Origin: Octopus sinensis
Lineage: Eukaryota
Assembly (NCBI RefSeq): GCF_006345805.1
Contig: NC_043000.1
Span: forward strand, 54,684,001-54,748,000
Reading direction: 5' to 3'
Length of the DNA stretch: 64,000 bases
Position 1 is the stretch's first letter; each line of letters opens with the position of its first letter. Position numbers and translations under genes: made by a program. A model generated the notes under the pieces. It saw only the letters and a list, made by a program, of their open reading frames with translations. It made no database searches and was not told the DNA's origin. This document shows, one piece after another, positions 1-12,384 of the stretch.

Positions 1-799
1 ATTCGCCATAAAATTGTAGCTGATATTTATATCGCTGAAAATTTCAAACGAACGACCACGAACATCAATGCGTTTTAATACCTGATGTCATCGCCACTGG
101 TATCTATAATTACCAGAAGTATATCTGATCATATTATTTAACACTGGACGTTTGCATGTCCGTTAAGTATCAGCCATGAAATAAAAAGATAGCATGTAAA
201 ATGCAGTTTGAATATAACCACAACTTATTTATCTGTGATACTACATTCATTAGACGCTAACACATTTTGCATGATTGTTAGTAGTTTTATGTCTTCTTAT
301 ATTCAATTGATCGTATTAGTTAAGTACTGTGGCAATATATGCAAAAAGAAAGTACTCATTAGGACACCAAATATATGATTAGTCATCGGTAGAAGATCGG
401 CTGCTAGATATGTCGAAAACATTGTGTTACAATAGTACTTTCCATTTTCCTTCTTGGTACACGTAGTATATTTGCTTCTCTACGTGTAAAATATCGTGAT
501 ATTTGTATGGGATCTGATTAATATTAACATATATCCATGATTCAGAATGTGCAAAGCCAACTGAGAGAAAAATTATCTAATTTACTAAGATTGTTTATGA
601 CTTCCAAAATTGTCTACAAAAATCATTTCTGATCTTCTCTCTTGAAAATGTCAGCTATAATACACGTACATCCTTTCAAAGTTAGCATGAATATAGGTAT
701 TATATAAAAACGAATCGATTTCATAATTGTTCATATACTATCCTTTTAAATAAACAAATATATTTAGATAGTGAAGCTATAATGCGAGTTTCCGAATTT

Positions 800-1680
800 A
801 TGTATGTATATATATATATATTATATTAAATTAGAGATAAAACCACTATTAAGCAAATCATACAATGAAAAACTTAAGCCAATACATATGATTAATAAAT
901 TTATATTATTTAAATATATATCAAAATTATTAAAAAAGATAATTAATATAAATCTATCACTAAGAAGTATCTTACAAATAAACTTAAATTTAATATCTAA
1001 TATATAGAAAATTGCGATAATTAGATCATTACATAAACAACGATATTTACATAAGGAGAATAGTATTACTCCAAAGGCTTATACAATATTAAAATTTACA
1101 ATTTGAAGATCTTAAATAAATACATACTTAACTTGGCGAGGTTTAATCAATGAACTAAAATTTTGAATCAAAAAACGTCTTTTACAGCATTTAAAGAATA
1201 CTCGTGGAATTAGGTTATTAGCAAAAAAAATAATAAATTGTTGAAGAATTCATTACGCGTGAGGAACCTACGTTTATTAAAGATTATGAATGGAAAATTA
1301 TTTGTTTATCATTGTAAAAAGAATGAATGCAGAAATAAAGAATAAAATATCTCTATACTATAATATTTATTAATAAAATAACTATGATAAATGAAACTTA
1401 ATACAAAATAAATTAAATGATTAAATGATTAAAAACCACTAATTATTAAATATATTCTAAAAATCTTATAAGATTAATAAATATATAAAATTAATTTATA
1501 TAGTAACCTCTCTATATACTATAAATTTTTCCCCATGCCCTTATAAGCTAAAATTAGTGATCATAACAAAATCTATAAATACTTAATTTAATATAATATA
1601 ATATTTTACTATAAAATTGGATTAAATCCTAAATCTGATTTTTCCCTGTAAGTTTGGATTTATTCCCTAATATTTTATTA
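800..1680 (+). mobile_element. Highly decayed AT-rich element, possibly Penelope-like (GIY-YIG-like remnant plus pLTR-like end)
   Basis: Stop-interrupted translation near 1080-1210 gives YTILKFTI...YLTWRG...IKKRLLQHLK, reminiscent of GIY-YIG 'lkkRl.qH'. The 1500-1640 segment resembles 42310-42410 (shared taacc-tctc, tataagct, aaattggattaaatc). Bounded by (TA)n. Confidence 0.25.
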
Positions 1681-1711
1681 TATATATTATATATATATAT
1701 ATATATAATCT

Positions 1712-1743
<32 letters not shown>

Positions 1744-1760
1744 CATATGTTTACATATAA

Positions 1761-1837
<77 letters not shown>
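1680..1837. repeat. Compound (TA)n/(GA)n microsatellite
   Basis: Directly visible. Confidence 0.95.
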
Positions 1838-1840
<3 letters not shown>

Positions 1841-1893
1841 GAGTATAGAAATTCGGGGTGAGTACTTGATAATTATAAGCACCTGTGTATACC

Positions 1894-2124
1894 TATTTCT
1901 TTATTACCCACAAGGGCTAAACATAGAGGGGACAAACAACGACAGACATGGGTATTAAGTCGATTACATCGACCCCAGTGCGTAACTGGTACTTAATTTA
2001 TCGACCCCGAAAGGATGAAAGGTAAAGTCGACCTCGGCGGAATTTGAACTCGCAACGTAACGGCAGACGAATACGGCCACGCATTTCGCCCGGCGCGCTA
2101 ACGTTTCTGCCAGCTCGCCGCCTT
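1894..2124 (-). mobile_element. tRNA-derived SINE, family A (Nin/Deu-like central domain), young copy with 8-bp TSD
   Basis: Minus strand reads AAGGCGGCGAGCTGGCAGAAACGTTAGC...GAGTTCAAATTCC (B-box) then CCTTTCATCCTTTCGGGGTCGATAAATTAAGTACCAG. TGTATACC is repeated at 1886-1893 and 2125-2132. Several homologues in the window. Confidence 0.9.
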
Positions 2125-2278
2125 TGTATACCGTTTGATGTGTATACCGTTTGATGGTGTGCGCGGCTGAAGAAGGCCACAGACATACATTATGCATTGT
2201 TATAAATCTGTCTAATAAAGGCCCGAAACATATGTACCGCTGAATCCTTCGCATCATGTTTTTATTTTATTTTGGTCA

Positions 2279-2351
<73 letters not shown>

Positions 2352-3740
2352 TACATATAAACAAAGTGAAGTTATACGGTACAGCACGAGGGAAAATATA
2401 TATGAAAGAAAGTTTGAAAATGCAATTTGAAAGATGTTTATTCTCTATTATATTCAGAATTTTCAAACCTTCTAATATATATATATATATATAAGAGAGA
2501 GAGAGAGAGAGAGAGTGAAAGAGCTATTTTGCGAGAAGTAATTTATAAAATATATTTGTGTAAGACATATCACGTTTTGACCCGACGTTGTTTGCAAATG
2601 ACAACTAAGCTCTCGATAAACAAATCTTCTAGAAAGATGTATTTCTTTGAGAGTGAAAAACTTACATAAAGGCCAGGGCATTTTTATGTTAATCTTGCTC
2701 AGTTTTCTTCTGTTTATGTGGGTAACCAGCAAAGATGTAGGTGCAAATGTGTCTCTCTTCTTCGCTGGCTTTAGTAAATATTATCATGACATTTAAGATG
2801 TAACTTCCTTCAGAAAGGAAGCTATATATGTAGTTCTTCATATGTTATTAGACATGATTCTTAAACCTGGATCATTTTTCATTCATACCTAACCGTTTGC
2901 TAAACAACAGCAAAAGCCACAATATATGAGAAATGCATTACAAGATATTTATTCTATTGCCCTAAAATTCTCTCCCAAAATTAATAACTACATTGCAAGG
3001 AATACTTATTGCAAGGATTTTGTTATGAATTATATAAACAGCATTATATATTTTTAATAAATCAGTGTTAGTAACTACTGCATAACCTATTCCGTAATAT
3101 TTATTGTAAAATGTATCTCAATACGAATGAAATAAAAGAAACATATTTTGGTTTTCAGTAGCTAAAATTTAATAACATACAATAACCGATATATGGTAAG
3201 TTTGATAACCATTATTAATTACAATAACACCAGTTCTCTTCTTGCATTATTTGTACTGAAAGTAATACAAATGACAAAAGCAGTTAATACCACTTTTTCT
3301 TAAACGCACAGAGGAATAATACCATTGAATCTCTTCATGTGTTTGTTCACTGTAATTTGTTGATTTCAAATGAAAGACTTCTTTCATCCTTTCGTTGTAC
3401 CATAAAAATAATTCACGTCTGAAACGCTTCTTATAAACTGGAACATCAATACAAAATAGAGAAGTTATAGCACGCCAAGGAGACATAAATTTAGTTAAAT
3501 AAACTTCTAGTGATTGAGAACAGAAAGACGATACTAGTCTATACTATAGAAACAAAGAGACTAATAATAATGAAGATATTTATAGCAAAAACATTGACAA
3601 TGTGCTTATAGCTAGAAATAATTCAAGAATGTAAATAGGCATCTCACAGACAGAAATACGCATTTGACAAAATTTATATACATACATATATGTGCATGTG
3701 TATGAGTGTGTGTGTATACACGTGTATATTCATTTATATA

Positions 3741-3804
<64 letters not shown>

Positions 3805-4000
3805 ATGTGTGTGTGTGTATCCTCATCAGCCTTCTTCCTCTACTACCCTACCAAGAACTCACAACGACCTCCAGCACACAAGTGCAAACAAGGGAGTCAG
3901 AGAAAGGCAGAATGCCAGTTAAATCTGAACACTACTATAGAAATATTCCTTTAAAAAAACTTTTCTTCTAATTTTTCTAAATTTAATTATTTAATCGTTA

Positions 4001-4038
4001 CAGTTGAAAAGGTCTCAAAATGACCGAAACCGGTACTG
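4001..4038 (+). ncRNA. Degenerate minimal type-I hammerhead ribozyme motif
   Basis: CAG-[TTGAAAA]-GGTC tcaaaat GACC-GAA-ACCGGTA-CTG: stem I CAG/CTG, stem II GGTC/GACC, palindromic stem III ACCGGT, GUA cleavage triplet. Two core substitutions relative to CUGANGA. Confidence 0.55.
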
Positions 4039-4091
4039 AAATGTTCATTATAAAATTATTTTAGCATTTTCTATTTTTGACTTGTTTTTTC

Positions 4092-4123
<32 letters not shown>

Positions 4124-4144
4124 GATCAATAAATGGTGGGGTTG

Positions 4145-4352
4145 ATATATATTCAAAATGTGACCGCGTTTGTACCGTTGGCGATTTTTTTCCTCCATCT
4201 TCCCTTCTTTGGATCTTCCCTTTCTCTATGTTTCTGATGAAGAGCTCCGATCGAAGCGTTAAACCCTCCTTCTTTCCTGACCGTCCAATAATACTATACT
4301 TGTTCCACGTCCTCGCGTTGTGGTGTTTCTCTTTGTGTTTTCATGTCTGGAT

Positions 4353-4360
<8 letters not shown>
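4145..4360 (+). mobile_element. Short dispersed repeat with hammerhead-like motif at 4230-4264 (Penelope pLTR-like)
   Basis: GTTT-CTGATGA-A-GAGC tcc GATC-GAAG-CGTT-AAAC. Homologous copies on the minus strand at ~5300-5460 and ~17690-17778. Flanked by (TA)n. Confidence 0.55.
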
Positions 4361-4384
<24 letters not shown>

Positions 4385-4879
4385 CGCATGCACGCACTCA
4401 CACACAGACACACTCGCATATACACATGTATATGTCTACTGCAAGAAATAATCACTGGGTTTGTTGTGATACACACAAATATATTATAGATGGGCTACAT
4501 GAAATGTTTGAGCGCCTACATTCCTACATACAAGGACGTATTAGTGGCCTGTCAAGGAGTACCTTAGTTCACACGTTATTTAAGACTTTATATTGTAAAT
4601 ATCTCATACAGAAGACGGGTTAGTTGTTATACACATAGGCAGATATATCTACAAAAACATACAGACATATATGTGTATATACGCATATATGTAATTATCA
4701 TATCAAATGTTTTACATTTACGTTCAGTTACCTTACTGGTAATTATATTTGTTCTTGTATTTGTTATTCATTTTGTATATCATTCCGTTTCTCCAGTTTC
4801 ACCACTCGTTTCAGAGCACATCCCCCACGAGTTAAATTAGGATTCCTTATCGACATCGTAACCTTCATAGAATTAAGGA

Positions 4880-4995
4880 ATCTTGGACGTGATGAGTAGC
4901 AAGCGGATTACCTCTCGTTGGGTAAATATTACTTCCGAAGACCTGCTAACTAAGAAGCACATGAATCTGGATTTTGCCTGCTCCGTTCCTTCACG
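4880..4995. repeat. Old dispersed repeat of unknown class; inverted homologue at ~54830-54942
   Basis: Reverse complement (…GCAGGCAAAATCCAG…TGCTTCTTAGTTAGCAGGTCTTCGGAAGT…TCCGCTTGCTACTCATCA) aligns by eye with 54830-54942. Confidence 0.5.
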
Positions 4996-4996
4996 T

Positions 4997-5049
<53 letters not shown>

Positions 5050-5051
<2 letters not shown>

Positions 5052-5227
5052 TAATAATAATAACAAAAGGTAAAATTAATCAATTAAGAAGTAATCAATA
5101 ATTTCACCAAGTAGAATTCGGTATGAAAAAGGACCCTTTCACGGTAAACTTAAGTAATACTTTATAATTAGGGTTCAGCAAAGATATGTGGTAGAGCAAA
5201 TCTTTGCTGAACCCTAATTATAAAGTA
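5050..5227. mobile_element. (TA)n-embedded short element ending in a perfect 28-bp hairpin
   Basis: Arms 5158-5185 (TACTTTATAATTAGGGTTCAGCAAAGAT) and 5200-5227 are exact reverse complements, 14-nt loop. (TA)n on both sides. Confidence 0.7.
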
Positions 5228-5228
5228 C

Positions 5229-5288
<60 letters not shown>

Positions 5289-5299
5289 GACATATAAAA

Positions 5300-5460
5300 C
5301 AGACGAATATTAAAAATAACAATAACAGAGGTTGTACACATGCAATGTTGTTAGTTCGACGCTCGGTAAGAAGAGAAAGTCTCTGACGTTTAGAGGATAT
5401 CGCTTCGTCGAAAAGCAAAATGGAATAGTCTGAAGAAGGGAAAAAAACATCAACAACAAC
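5300..5460 (-). mobile_element. Second copy of the 4145-4360 hammerhead-like repeat
   Basis: Minus strand: ...CCCTTCTTCAGACT...GCTTTTCGACGAAGCGATATCCTCTAAACGTCAGAG..., collinear with 4180-4360. Confidence 0.45.
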
Positions 5461-5476
5461 AATATATATATATATG

Positions 5477-5896
5477 CTCTTTTACTCTTTTACTTCTGTC
5501 AGTCATTTGATTGCGGCCATATTTGAGCACCACCTTTAATCGAGCAAATCGACCCTAGGACTTATGCTTTAGAAGCCTAATACTTATTCTGTCGGTGTCC
5601 TTTGCCGAACTGTTAAGTTACGGGGACGTACACACACACCATCGATTGTCAAGCGATGTTGGGGGACATACACACAAACACACAAACAGACACACATACA
5701 CACAAACACATACACACAAACACACACACACATACATATATATGACAGGTTTCTTTCAGTTTCCGTTTATCAAATCCACTCACAAGGGTTTGGTCAGCCC
5801 GAGGCTATAGTAGAAGACACTTGCCACGCAGTGGGAATGAACCCGAAAACATGTGGGTGTTAAGTAATTTACGTACCACACAGCCACTCCTGCGCC
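5477..5896 (-). mobile_element. tRNA-derived SINE, family B, with internal (TG)n
   Basis: Minus head GGAGTGGCTGTGTGGTA...CGGGTTCATTCCCACTGCGTGGCAAGTGTCTTCTACTATAGCCTCGGG; tail ends ...GCAATCAAATGACTGAC. Near-identical organisation at 38915-39362 and 53567-53947. Confidence 0.9.
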
Positions 5897-5904
5897 TATA
5901 TATA

Positions 5905-6622
5905 TACAATTTAAAAATAGGATCAACTCTTTATAAGAATTTATCAAGTAGTTAGCGTGAAAAACCTCAATTTATTAATTTTTCCCTTTAAATATATTTA
6001 TTTATATTAAGGGCATTTCTATACATAAATGCCTCCCGCTAGGAGGGACTCTTAAAATTCAAAACTACCATAATAATCACATTTTATCGAACGCGAGGGA
6101 ATGCATCTCTCGAAGCGAGCCTTTTAAAAATAGATTCAGCCGCAGATCGTATGATTTCATAATTAGCGCACAAAATGCACTTTGTAATCGTCAGTGAAAG
6201 CGTGATCAAGACACATAAAAATTAACAAAAAATCAACATACCAGACGAAAACCAAATGTATCCAGCATAGTACAGAGAATTGTTCACACTTATATATCTA
6301 TGTAAGAGACTGGCTTTTGGAATTGTATCTCGGTACATGTGTATATTCACAAGGAAATTCAGCACTGAATATATTCCGGTTAAATTTACAATTTAAAAAT
6401 AGGATAAAATCTTTATAAGAATTTATCAAGTAGTTAACGTGAAAAACCTCATAAGAGAAAATTTATAAATTTTTCCCTTTAAATATATTTATTTATATTA
6501 AGGGCATTACAATGCATAAATGCTACACGCTTGGAGGGATTCTTAAAGTCAAAAGTACCGTAATAAACACATTGTACCGATTGCGAGGAAATGCAGCTCA
6601 CGAAGCGAGCCTAATAAAAATA
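5905..6622. repeat. Two diverged ~230-bp direct repeats (5905-6132, 6388-6622) around a ~255-bp spacer
   Basis: Both start TACAATTTAAAAATAGGAT...TTTATAAGAATTTATCAAGTAGTTA.CGTGAAAAACCTCA and end CGAAGCGAGCCT..TAAAAATA. Confidence 0.85.
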
Positions 6623-8049
6623 ATATATATGTATGTATATATGTATATACGTATACAAATATACATATAGATGCATATATGTGTGTTTGTATGTACATAT
6701 ATGTGTGTGTGTATGTATATGTCTGTATGTGTGCTTGTGTGTGAGTTTGTATATAATTCATACAAAAGCACATACAGAGTAACGTATACATATACACATA
6801 TACACATACATTTCTATATTTGTATTTACATGTGAATGTTAATGATATATATGTGCATATATAGACAAATTCTAATTTCTATTCTCTGTACAACTCCAAC
6901 TTCAGTTTTCACCCCACAAGAATCGCTCAATTCTGTAATCTAACTATTCCAAGTATATGTGGCTCGTACAAATGGCAACATTCTCCAGCAACCCGTAAAA
7001 CGCATGTGTATTATAAACTTCTACAGTATTTCAGATGCATTTGAAAATATTTAGAAATTATTTTTTAGCAAATTATAAATATCTGAAACGAAACTATATT
7101 ATTCTTAATTTAGTTTATTGATAAATAAAATATAAGCTTAGTCTGATTAATTATTCTTAACTACTCTGGTGTGTACATTTAGATATATAAAGATAATCTT
7201 TCAATGTTCATATATCTTTAGTAAATTGCATGCACCGTCGTTCTAAATCTTAAGCATTACAATTCTAAAATATAATACATTTTGCATGTGGTATTGCATT
7301 ATATTTTAAATAGCTGACTTCAAAGCAATAACATTAATTTATATATATACTTTTCGTCAATATTCATTTAAAATACAAATAAAATATTTCTATTTAATTA
7401 CCGTGCGTACAAATGAAATAAATAAGCTAATTGATTTATATTTCACTAAATCAATAAATAGATTCACCTTAAAGTTATTTCAGAAAAAATAGCTGGAATC
7501 AAGTAACACTTCTCACCTTTCTACTCTACTAACATAATACGTAAATGAATTCGTTTCAATAATGGATACAATAGCATTCCTGGAATTGTCTTTAAATGTT
7601 CATTATTTTATTTGTTATATGAATTCGAATTCCACGGAGATACAGCAATTTCATGATGAAATTATTTAGTTCCGCTTTAGGTGTCACGTTGCATAGCTAA
7701 TGTGAGCAGGTGATTTTGTCGGCATCAGGGCAATTAAGTAGACCGAAAATAAGCAGATGGTGTTGAGTTCATTGTCACCTCTATTCGTTTCTGAACGCTA
7801 CACCTTACTTTTCGAACCATGCTTTAATTTTAGAACGTATGTACGCTCAGTTACGAGATGACAATATTTCTTGTCTTCCCCAAACAAGGGTTTACACTCA
7901 TCCTTTGATCAATTCATAAAAACAATCAAGGTTGTAAGGCAGATGTCCTTTTTCTTTTACTATTATATTTATCTTTGAATGTGTAGTGGCTAGCGATCTA
8001 TCATGATACATACATATATATATATAAATATATATGTATATATATATAT

Positions 8050-8372
8050 CGCTCGGACCCCATTCGGTCATGACTGAGTATGAGATTGCATCTAGAAAGT
8101 TACCCTCCCAGGCACAAGTCCGGGCAAGTTTGATTATGGAAGACCAGCAACCGCCCATGTATACCGGCCTCCCCTCTCCACGCCACCAGTGTTATCCAAG
8201 GGGAAGGGAAAGACCGATACAGCTTGGCAGCTGTGACGTCGCAATTCATTTCTACAGCTGAGTGAACTGGAGCAATGTTAATTAAAGTGTCTTGCTCGAA
8301 ATCACAACACACAGCCCGGTCCGGGATTCGAACTCACAACCTCGACGCTTCAACCTCTGAGCCATGTGCCTT
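8050..8372 (-). mobile_element. tRNA-derived SINE, family C
   Basis: Minus strand has a B-box-like GAGTTCGAATCCCGG followed by TTTCGAGCAAGACACTTTA...TTGCTCCAGTTCACTCAGCTGTAGAAATG. Flanked by (TA)n and (CA)n. Confidence 0.75.
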
Positions 8373-8499
8373 CAGACACACACACATACACACACACTTG
8401 CACACACACACACATCTTGCTTCTATTTTCCTTCCTCTACCTCACTCTCTATTTTGTATCACATCTAAACTAACTATGACTTAACTATCCTCTGATACC

Positions 8500-8551
8500 G
8501 TCTCCGATGAAGGGATACTATAAATAAATAGCCTAGATACAACTGTAAGAC
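8500..8551 (+). ncRNA. Degenerate minimal hammerhead ribozyme motif
   Basis: GTCT-CCGATGA-A-GGGATA...TAGCCT-AGATA-CAACTGTA-AGAC: stem I GTCT/AGAC, near-palindromic stem III (ACAaCTGT), GUA triplet. Core is mutated. Confidence 0.4.
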
Positions 8552-8649
8552 ATTCTATCTTTAAATGCTCTAACATCTACACAGCCTTTGTTTTTTTATC
8601 TTATTACGCAAAAAATTATTTTATATATATATATATATACACACATATA

Positions 8650-8867
8650 ATTGCTACCCAAGTGTGGCGTCCTATAAGGTACAGTGCTACCCCAGGAAGA
8701 CATATTTTCTAGCTAGCTAATGACACACAATCTGAGTCCGATTAGCAATCGCAAGGGGAGGTCATTGCTCCCATCCCTAGCCTTACGTGACACACACGGA
8801 CTCGAGTTACTGGGAGGCAAACGCGAGTATCACTGTCCCGTAAAGGACACCACACTTGGTTGGCAAT
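8650..8867. mobile_element. MITE with ~30-bp TIRs and TA flanks (Tc1/mariner type)
   Basis: Left ATTGCTACCCAAGTGTGGCGTCCTATAAGG; right end reverse-complemented ATTGCCAACCAAGTGTGGTGTCCTTTACGG; TA on both sides. Older inverted homologue at ~54110-54328. Confidence 0.75.
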
Positions 8868-9642
8868 TATTGCTACGATTCTGTATTTTTACTGTTTACA
8901 TCTCCCTCAGAGATTTAATATGGATATATATATGTATATATATATATATGTTATACGGCCATTAGTGTATATCGGGTTCATAATTGCCTTGGGTTACAAT
9001 TGTTCATTACCTTTACATTTCTGCTCTAGTTAATATAATAAACCTTTTTAGTTGTTAAATTTCAACTTATGAAGAAAAACATGGTTACATACTCATGTCT
9101 ACATTATTTACTTTAGGTATGTCAATATATTCTCACGTCTAGTGCAAAGAATAAAGAATATATAGATATCTGTTACATATTTCATATTTGCTATTAACAA
9201 TATTATGTTAAGGGAGCAACCTTATTCTCATATGTACCCGCTTTCTTTCTCATTCTCGCTCTACCGAGTTATTTTATCTCAAGCCCCAGGCTCGTATTTA
9301 TATAGATATGCGTAAGATGGCACTTGTGTATGTGTCTGTTTGTGTCTGTGTGTATCTGTGTGCATGTGTGTATTCGCGTGTGTGTCTATGTGTATGTGTG
9401 TGTCTGTGTTCGAGTCTGTGTCCATCTGTAGGAGCATGTGCAATTCAAAAAATATACTGGAATATTTTAGTTTTAACATCAGGAAACAAAATTTTATTCA
9501 TGTTATTTGGAATTTATAACATTTAATTTTCAGGTCTGATTCATTAAGAAATACTGTTTATTGCTTTACATTAGAATATAGTCATATATAATACTGTGCA
9601 TTTATTTATTTATTTTAATTATTACGATGCACAGAATATTGG

Positions 9643-9820
9643 TTCCAAATTTGGATACCAGGCAATCAAGTTGGGCGTGTAGGGTTAAGATGATTACATC
9701 AACACCAGTGCTAAACTGGTGCTTATTTTATCAATCAACAAAGGGTGAATGGCAAAGTCGACTTCGCCACTATTTGAACTCGGAAAGTAAAATTCGCATG
9801 AAATGCCGCTATGCTGCACG
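9643..9820 (-). mobile_element. SINE family A, diverged copy
   Basis: GATTACATCAACACCAGTGCTAAACTGGTGCTTATTTTATC...GGCAAAGTCGACTTCGCC.CTATTTGAACTC matches 1894-2124. Confidence 0.75.
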
Positions 9821-11546
9821 AAATATTGTATGAAATATTGTATTTATCAGCAAAGGTACACCCAAGAAATATTTTGAAAGATCTTAAACAAAACAATTTT
9901 AATCTTGTATCTCTTATAAGCGATGCAACTATGGAAATTATAGCATTCGTACTTTTCTGAGGAATAAAATCAGTTATTGCTATCTAAAAAAACTGACCAG
10001 CCGACATTTGCCGTACTCTGAAACTAGTATTATATATGAGAATGAGGTATGTTTTTGTTAATTCATTTAAGCGTCTATGGAGTTACAGGCAGTTATCTAC
10101 ACACTTGCCCACCCTAGTATAACATCGTGGACGTCAAAGTTGGAGGGAATGAAGACTACCGAACCCTTGCTGTCACACATATTCAGTTAAAGAGTTTAGA
10201 GATAGTGTTTAGTGAAAAACCTCAGTCAAGGACACAAAGAGATATGAGAATGTAGCCTACGTGCCTTTACAATAAAATACTAGTTGTAGTATAACGTATT
10301 TGTGACCTTTCACGTTTATACAATATATTCTTGTATTTCACGGCAGCTTAAAAATTGTTTTATAATGTCTATGCATGTGTGTGTATGCTTTTCACTTAAA
10401 CTTCTCAGAATAATCCCTAAATTTAATCAAAGCTATCTATTTTTCCCATTTAGAAAATGCGGTTTTCAGGTGTATTATATGCAAGGATAATTAATATAAA
10501 ACTTGTCCTTGCTTATAACTACTATAATATAATAAGCGCAAGGTTTACTTAGTAGCAAGAAATATCTCATCAAATTGACTCTACACGCGTGAAAATATAT
10601 TCATGAATGACAATATATAAAATAAGGGAGATTACAAAGTCAACATCTCTATAGGAAATTAAATGGGTAATTTTATACAAAGCAAAGTGTAAATGGGTTC
10701 CAGTAGCCATATACTCATTAAGACGGTTACAATGGACGAATACATGTTTGAAATGCTATAGAAGTTCGCTAATGGTTCATTTATCGTTCATAAAATACTC
10801 TTAAAACGTTCATGCATTACCTGCCATATACGAGAGCATAATCAAATTTCCTATTTAGAAATTTATGAATGGCATATCGGGAACATTCTTCATTTGATTA
10901 CACTAAAGAGCAAGCGCTTTAGGTTGCAGCCCTTTAACATGTTAGTGCTTACTGATAACATAAACGAATGAGTAAAACCCGCAGTAACCATTGCATTAGC
11001 AAATCGCTACTATGGAAATTTTCATAACTATAAAAAAAGAGGTCGCAGAGTGAGATAGTGTTCATCCGTGCAGCCAGTATAGAATATTACCTTCTATTTA
11101 AGCGAAAATTAACAATGAATAAACGGAATATGTATTGTACACATTAACCTTTCTTAGATAGGAATATTGATTTTAATAGTAAAAAAAAAAATTGGCAGTA
11201 TCAATATTTTTAGATTTACCGCTTAGAAATATTTCATGAAAAGTAGTAGGAAACCGTTTTCTCTATATATAACACGCTATATAACATTATCCAACATTGC
11301 GAGTCAATAGATATTACTATTCAGTGTGAAGGCTATTAGCTAGGAGGAAACATTGAAATTTATGTTTTCTCTGTGGTCATCGAAATCACATACAAAACCT
11401 CACTACCTCAGCGGCTATTTCATCAATGGACACCTCAGTATGTCTTTCAAATTTATGTTGTTTTTGCGAATAATCGTCAATATATTTCTTTTTTAAGACT
11501 TTTTAAGACTTTTGCAACTGACCAAATTGTTTAAAATATACCAACA

Positions 11547-11710
11547 TTTCTTCTTCTTCTTCTTACTACTACTACTACTACAACTGGTACTACTACTAGT
11601 ACAGCAACTACTACAACAATAACAACAACAACTACTACTACTACTGCTACTGCTGCTTCTACTACTACTACTACTACTACTACCACTACTACTACCACTA
11701 CTACTACTTT
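11547..11710. repeat. Compound trinucleotide repeat (TTC/TAC/CAA/TGC)
   Basis: Directly visible; explains the poly-Ser and poly-Val ORFs. Confidence 0.95.
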
Positions 11711-12043
11711 TACTTTGATATCTGCTAATTGATAAATACTGCCAAACGACAACCAATCACTTACGGCAGGCATTGTAGAGTAATGTCATTATTCTACACA
11801 GCTTCCGTTCCTATTGTATTTTCATTCTTGGCTAAAGAAAAAGAAGTTTTGGGGAATATAGATTATAAGTACTTAGAGTGTACGCTTTGTTGTTTCTTAT
11901 TATTTATTGGATTTCGTATATGCTAGTTTTCTCGGGATTATTTCAAGGGAACCACAGACTGATTTCTTTGGACCCTTAATACTGTGGTTTTTGTTGTTTT
12001 TATTGTTGCTGTTGTTATCACCACCATCATAATCATCCTCATC

Positions 12044-12102
<59 letters not shown>

Positions 12103-12117
12103 AAATGTTTTTTTTTT

Positions 12118-12330
12118 AAGGCGGCTAGCTGGCGGAATCGTTATCACGCTGGGCAAAATGCTTAGCGTTATTTCGCTCGTCGCTACCTTCTGGATTCAAA
12201 TTTTGCCGAAATCGACTTTGCCTTTCATTCTTTCGAGGTCAATAAATTAAGTACCAGTGAAACACTGGGGCCGATGTAAGTGACTAGTTCCTCCCACCAA
12301 ATTTCAGGCCTTGTGCCTTTAGTAGAAAGG

Positions 12331-12332
<2 letters not shown>
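12118..12332 (+). mobile_element. SINE family A copy between (TAT)n tracts
   Basis: AAGGCGGCTAGCTGGCGGAATCGTTA...GATTCAAATTTTGCCGAAATCGACTTTGCCTTTCATTCTTTCGAGGTCAATAAATTAAGTACCAG; (TAT)n at 12047-12100 and from 12332. Confidence 0.85.
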
Positions 12333-12374
<42 letters not shown>

Positions 12375-12384
12375 CATCATTATC

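Noticed and set aside
1894-2124. tRNA gene calls in SINE heads
   Set aside because: A/B-box-like heads continue into SINE bodies and I could not fold a complete cloverleaf.
4900-4960. HDV-like ribozyme hint (ACCTCTCGT...GCTAA)
   Set aside because: No P1 strand or GG for P1.1 in the required positions.
10110-10190. VDVKVGGNEDYRTLAV resembling an OTU protease motif
   Set aside because: Catalytic Cys is absent, the frame is short, and there is no supporting context.
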